Shown piece by piece: positions 59,957-64,000 of a DNA stretch of 64,000 nt. The stretch comes from Dictyostelium discoideum (taxonomy: Eukaryota), in NCBI GenBank assembly GCA_000004695.1, contig CM000153.2, positions 1,344,001 to 1,408,000 on the forward strand, given 5' to 3'. The stretch's first letter is position 1. The number at the start of each line of letters is the position of its first letter. The translations under genes were made by a program, and so were the position numbers. The notes under the pieces were generated by a model. That model saw only the letters and a program-made list of their open reading frames with translations, did no database searches and was not told the origin of the DNA.

Positions 59957-60772
59957 CACTTGAATTTGGATCTCTTGATCTTCTTGAAGTTTGTCTTCTA
60001 GTTGTAGTATTTTGATTTGATAAGAGTTGAGATAAATTTCCACCACCTGGTATCACTGAAATATAAGAACCTGGTATACCAGGAATTGGTACAGGAAGAC
60101 CATTTGGACCATTGAAATTTAATAGATCAGCAGGAGTGGTTGTAGTGGTGGTTGAGAGTGGTGTAATACCATTTGGGCCAAGATTGAGTGTGATTTGAGA
60201 GACTGAAGGAACAAAATGGGTGGTATTTGGTCTGTCGGTTGGACGATAAGCATTAACACATTGAGAGAGTAAATTGGTGGCGGTTGATAATCTTGATAAT
60301 GATTGACCCAATGCACCAGCATCGGTTTGAATTTGTTGTCTTTGAGTTGGATCGGTGATTTGATTATTGTTTCTCAATTGTTGATTTAATTCATTCATAC
60401 GTGTCATCAATGTATTGATCTCTTGTGTTGTTAAATCAATATAGTTTGATAATCTTTCGTGCGATGGCTCTCTTTGTGGATCGTATGGTTCGCCATCTCT
60501 ACCTGGTGGAATGGGCCCATTGATCAAAGTTGTTGATGGATTATTTATATTTGCAATTGAGTTACGAATTTGTGTATCAAATGGTATCTGTTGTTGACCA
60601 ATAGATCTCATCACTGTATTCAATATATTATTACTATCAATTGGTGAATTACTACCACCACTAATACTATCAGTACTACTACTGCCACTACCACTACTTC
60701 CACTATTTGATTGTGATGGATTTGCTTCTGGTGCTCTTTCTGCTAAATGTAATGTAACTCCATCTTCAATAT
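58443..60772 (-). CDS. Ubiquitin-like-domain protein, exon 2 (end of the UBL domain, then a long Ser/Thr/Pro/Asn-rich region).
   Basis: Acceptor ttaataaag|at. The junction gives ...LQFY-N-IEDGVTLHLAERAPE (ubiquitin has YNIQKESTLHLVLR). The total CDS is 2511 nt, in frame. Internal more-conserved blocks are ...NAYRPTDRPNTTHF... and FVRELVDSLATCFSNGKDGALEFLDSFVNQ. The BAG6 assignment is tentative. Confidence 0.6.
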
Positions 60773-60869
60773 CTTTATTAAATATATATAAAAAAAAAAA
60801 ATTCATTTATTAGTATTATTATTACATTTTAAAAAAATAAAAAAATAAAAAAATAAAAATAACACATAC

Positions 60870-61050
60870 TATAAAATTGCAAAGTTTTATCATCACGTAA
60901 TACTTTTCCTTTATAAATTACTCTTTGAAGTGGGATTGAAATTGAAGATTTGGCTTCAATTAATTTTTTAAGTTCTGGTACAGTAGTTTCTAAAGTTACA
61001 CCTTCAATACTATAAATTGTACCATCTAATTTCTTTATATTAATATTCAT
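60870..61050 (-). CDS. Ubiquitin-like-domain protein (BAG6/Scythe-like or ubiquilin-like), exon 1 (first three-quarters of the UBL domain).
   Basis: MNINIKKLDGTIYSIEGVTLETTVPELKKLIEAKSSISIPLQRVIYKGKVLRDDKTLQFY has the ubiquitin fold consensus (I.VK...G....I.V....TV..LK..I........QRLIY.GK.L.DD.TL..Y). Donor tat a|gtatgt (phase 1). Confidence 0.65.
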
Positions 61051-61159
61051 TTTTTTTTATTTTTTTTTATTTTTTTTATTTTTTTACTTTATGAATAATT
61101 TTTTATTATTTAAATAAAAATAATAATAATAAATAGGGGTAAATATATATAATAATAAC

Positions 61160-61194
<35 letters not shown>

Positions 61195-61246
61195 AATTAT
61201 GTATAATATAAAAATAATTTGGAAATGAAAATTTTTTAAATGGAAG

Positions 61247-61289
<43 letters not shown>

Positions 61290-61296
61290 TGGTGTT

Positions 61297-61341
<45 letters not shown>

Positions 61342-61613
61342 TTTTTTATTTTTTATTTTTTATTTTTTCAAAAAAAAAAAAAAAAACTCAATTTTTTTTT
61401 TTGCATTTATTTTTCGTTCAATTAAGTTTTTTGATCAACATCCATCATTGTTGGTTGAAAATAAAATTATTTTATTTTTATAATAAATTTCAATTTTTAA
61501 TCAAAAAAATAAAATAAATATAATTATTTTTATTTATTACTTTTTTTTTTTTTTTTTTTTAATAAGTAAATAAAATAAAATAATATAAAATAAAATAAAA
61601 TAATAAAAAAAAA

Positions 61614-63482
61614 ATGAATAGAGTAAAATCTGTTTATTTAAATTCAAATAAATATATTAAAGGTGGAAATAATAGATTTTTAAATAATAATGGTATAATT
61701 AATAATTTTAAAAATGGGAATCAAATAAATCAAATTAAATCAATTAGTAAACTTAGTTGTGGTGGTAGTGGTGGTAATAATAATAATAATAGTTTATCAA
61801 TAATTAATAATGGATATAAAATTAGAGAAATTAGTTTTTTAAGTAATTTATTTAGTAATTTTAAAAATTTAATGCAACAAGAAGAAGGTTATGAAAAGAT
61901 GGTAGATGATATCGATAGAATCTTTTTAGGTGGTAGAATTGCAAAAAAGAGAGCATTGGAGGAGGAAGAGAAAAGAAAGATGGAGGAAAAGATGGAAGCA
62001 TATTCAAAATCAGCGGAGCAACGTGCAAAGGAAGAGGTTGGTCTCTCAGAGGAGGAGATTGCCGAGAGAAGAAAGGCAGAACAACTTCTCTACGAAGAGT
62101 TACTTAAAGAGAAAGAGAAAACCGAAGGTAAACAACAAGCTCATAAAATGCCAACAGAAAAGGAAGAGGTGTCACAAATAGTTGCCGATGGTAAATTATT
62201 AAACCCCGAACAAGATATTGAATTGACCAAAATCAAGAATGATAATTTAGGTATTCGTCCATTACCAATGGACCCAGATCGTGAAGAACCATCCTTTGAG
62301 GAATGTCAAGATTTCAGTTTTTTAGAAAACTTTGAAGTCGTTGATTATGCCCATTTCGAGGAGGAACCAAGAGAGGGTGAAACCGAAGAGGAAATGTGGG
62401 AAAGACAGTGGGCAGATGGTTTTCTTACATTTGAAGAACAAGGATTAATGTTACACGAGGCATTAAAGAAACCACGTGAAAAATTTAGAGAACTCGACCA
62501 AGAGGCACGTACAATCGGTGGTTTAAGCTATCCAGAGATCGATTGGGATAGCTTTATGTACACCAAAGAAGAGGTCGAAGCATTACCACCTCAATTAATG
62601 GATTTCATTATGACCAAAGCAAGATTTGAAAATCCTGAAATCTTTGAAGAGTCCAGATCGAAAGCCGATGATGTTTTATCAATTGGTAGAGAGTATACCG
62701 GTCATCCATTGGACAGACCTGATAATCCAAGTTTATATCCTGTAGTTTCAAAATTGTATAGCAATGAATTCGTGGGTGAACGACCAAGCTCAAAGAGGAG
62801 GGAGCAGCAGGAGGAGGATGATGGCGAGGAAGAGTTGCTTTTCCAAGATATGAAACCATTCTCTGGATCTCTCTTTAAAAATAGATCACCTTATCCATGG
62901 TATAAAGATTTAGATTATCACATTCCAAGATTATTATGTGCCATTGTTCATCTTGGTAGATTCTCATCACCACCAAATTACTATCTTATGAGACTTTTTG
63001 AAAAAAGTAAAAGAGAAATGTATAATAGAAATGCAGCTCATTTATTCAAGGTCTCTGCACCCGGTATGGATTATAAAAAAGTACTTTCAGAGGCTCTTTT
63101 ATATTTCCTTCCAAATTTCTTTTATCACTTTTTCCAAGGTAATCTAAGAGAATTAGAACAATATACAACTGAAGGTGGTTTAGAAAGAGTTACAACTATG
63201 ATTTCAAGATTAGAAGGTCCAAATAGAATTTTATGTGGTGATACAATTAAAGTTGATGGTATGAAAGCTTTTAGGTTTGCTCCAAATGATGATGGTGGTA
63301 TTGGTTTAGTATTTATTACTTCAGTATTCCATACACTTGCTTATAGAGATTATAATGGTGATATGATTCCATTGAAACCTGAATTTGAAGAAACTATGTA
63401 CAAAACTAAATTCAAAGTTGGTTTACGTTGTGATCCTTCAAAAAATGATTTTGGTTGGACTGTTTTTGCTCTTAGTAGAGGT
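61614..63482 (+). CDS. Glu-rich hypothetical protein with atypical G/C-ending codon usage, exon 1.
   Basis: ATG at 61614. An Asn-rich, basic N-terminus (mitochondrial-targeting-like?) is followed by a strongly acidic, coiled-coil-like region and a globular C-terminal region (PWYKDLDYHIPRLLCAIVHLGRF...GDTIKVDGMKAFRF...NDFGWTVFALSRG). Donor ggt|gtaagt at 63483. Codons such as GAG, AAG, CTC, GCC, ATC and TAC are over-used compared with all other genes in the window. Confidence 0.55.
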
Positions 63483-63635
63483 GTAAGTTTTTTTTAATAT
63501 TAAAAATTAATAATAATAATAATAATAACAAAATAATTTTAAATCTAAAAATATTTATTAACCTTTTTATTTATTCATTTATTTATTTATTTATTTATTT
63601 ATTTATTATTAAAAAAAAAAAAAAAAAAACAACAG

Positions 63636-63920
63636 CCCGCCCAAAATATGGAGAAGTTTATGAAAGAAGCAGAAAGAAAGAAAAAATTAAAAGAAGAAAA
63701 AGAGAGAAGAGAAAGAGAAGCAAAAGAGAAAGGAGAAAAAATAAAAGAAATCGGAAATGAAAATGAAAATGAAAATGAAAATAAAAATAAAAATGAAAAT
63801 GAAAATGAAAATGAAAACGAAAACGAAAATGAAAATGAAAATGAAAATGAAAAAGAGAAAGAGAAAGAGAAAGAGAAAGAGAAAGAGAAAGAGAAAGAGA
63901 AGGAGAAAAAAGATAACTAG
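63636..63920 (+). CDS. Glu-rich hypothetical protein, exon 2 (K/E-rich tail with (EN)n and (EK)n repeats).
   Basis: Acceptor caacag|ccc gcc at 63634-35, phase 0. The exon reads PAQNMEKFMKEAERKKKLKEEKERREREAKEKGEKIKEIGNENENEN...EKEKEKEKEKKDN*. The GC-rich cccgccc just after the acceptor matches the unusual composition of exon 1. The intron is 153 nt. Confidence 0.5.
   Translation, partial: PAQNMEKFMKEAERKKKLKEEKERREREAKEKGEKIKEIGNENENENENKNKNENENENENENENENENENEKEKEKEKEKEKEKEKEKEKKDN
63765..63900 (+). repeat. Hexanucleotide coding repeats: (GAAAAT)n encoding (EN)n, then (GAGAAA)n encoding (EK)n.
   Basis: gaaaatgaaaatgaaaat... then gagaaagagaaagag... in the last exon of the 61614-63920 gene. 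Confidence 0.9.
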
Positions 63921-64000
63921 TGGAAAAAAAATAAAATTAAAATAAATAAATAAAAAAAAAAAAAAAGAAAAGGATCAATATATAAATAAATAAACAGCCA

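Overview
The window is a gene-dense stretch of a eukaryotic nuclear chromosome, with the signature of Dictyostelium discoideum or a close relative. The sequence is about 75-80% A+T, with long poly(A)/poly(T) runs between genes. Coding regions carry in-frame (CAA)n and (AAT)n repeats that give poly-Q and poly-N tracts. Introns are short and A/T-rich, bounded by GTAAGT/GTATGT ... (T)nAG. I see no prokaryotic operons, CRISPR arrays, tRNAs or rRNAs. I could reconstruct about 22 protein-coding genes on both strands, about half of them spliced. Those I recognise from conserved protein motifs are:
- aldehyde dehydrogenase (5' exon only)
- a HAD-IIA hydrolase
- a bacterial-type RsmJ rRNA methyltransferase with a mitochondrial-like presequence
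- FAD-dependent mitochondrial glycerol-3-phosphate dehydrogenase
- a very large SANT/Myb-domain protein
- a RhoGAP protein
- the meiotic MutS homolog MSH4
- a GCP4-like gamma-tubulin complex protein
- the kinetochore protein Ndc80/HEC1
- a FAM32A homolog
- PIG-A (GPI GlcNAc transferase)
- the atypical MAP kinase ErkB (ERK7/8-like, 369 aa)
- the PKA catalytic subunit PkaC (648 aa)
- CIR1
- the tRNA methyltransferase TRMT11
- a ubiquitin-like-domain BAG6-like protein
There are also several lineage-specific low-complexity proteins. The ORF track sometimes begins an ORF at TTG (for example 8902, 30444, 44366), so I checked every start codon for ATG. The most unusual items are:
- a tandem pair of small secreted, probably GPI-anchored, Cys-motif paralogs whose promoters carry repeated CA-rich elements
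- a gene (61614-63920) whose G/C-ending codon usage is unlike the rest of the window and whose tail is encoded by hexanucleotide repeats
- G-box-like GT-rich elements upstream of the RhoGAP gene
- several long perfect (ATT)n microsatellites
I found no evidence for a novel multi-gene system such as a defence island; this reads as an ordinary, if interesting, chromosomal region.
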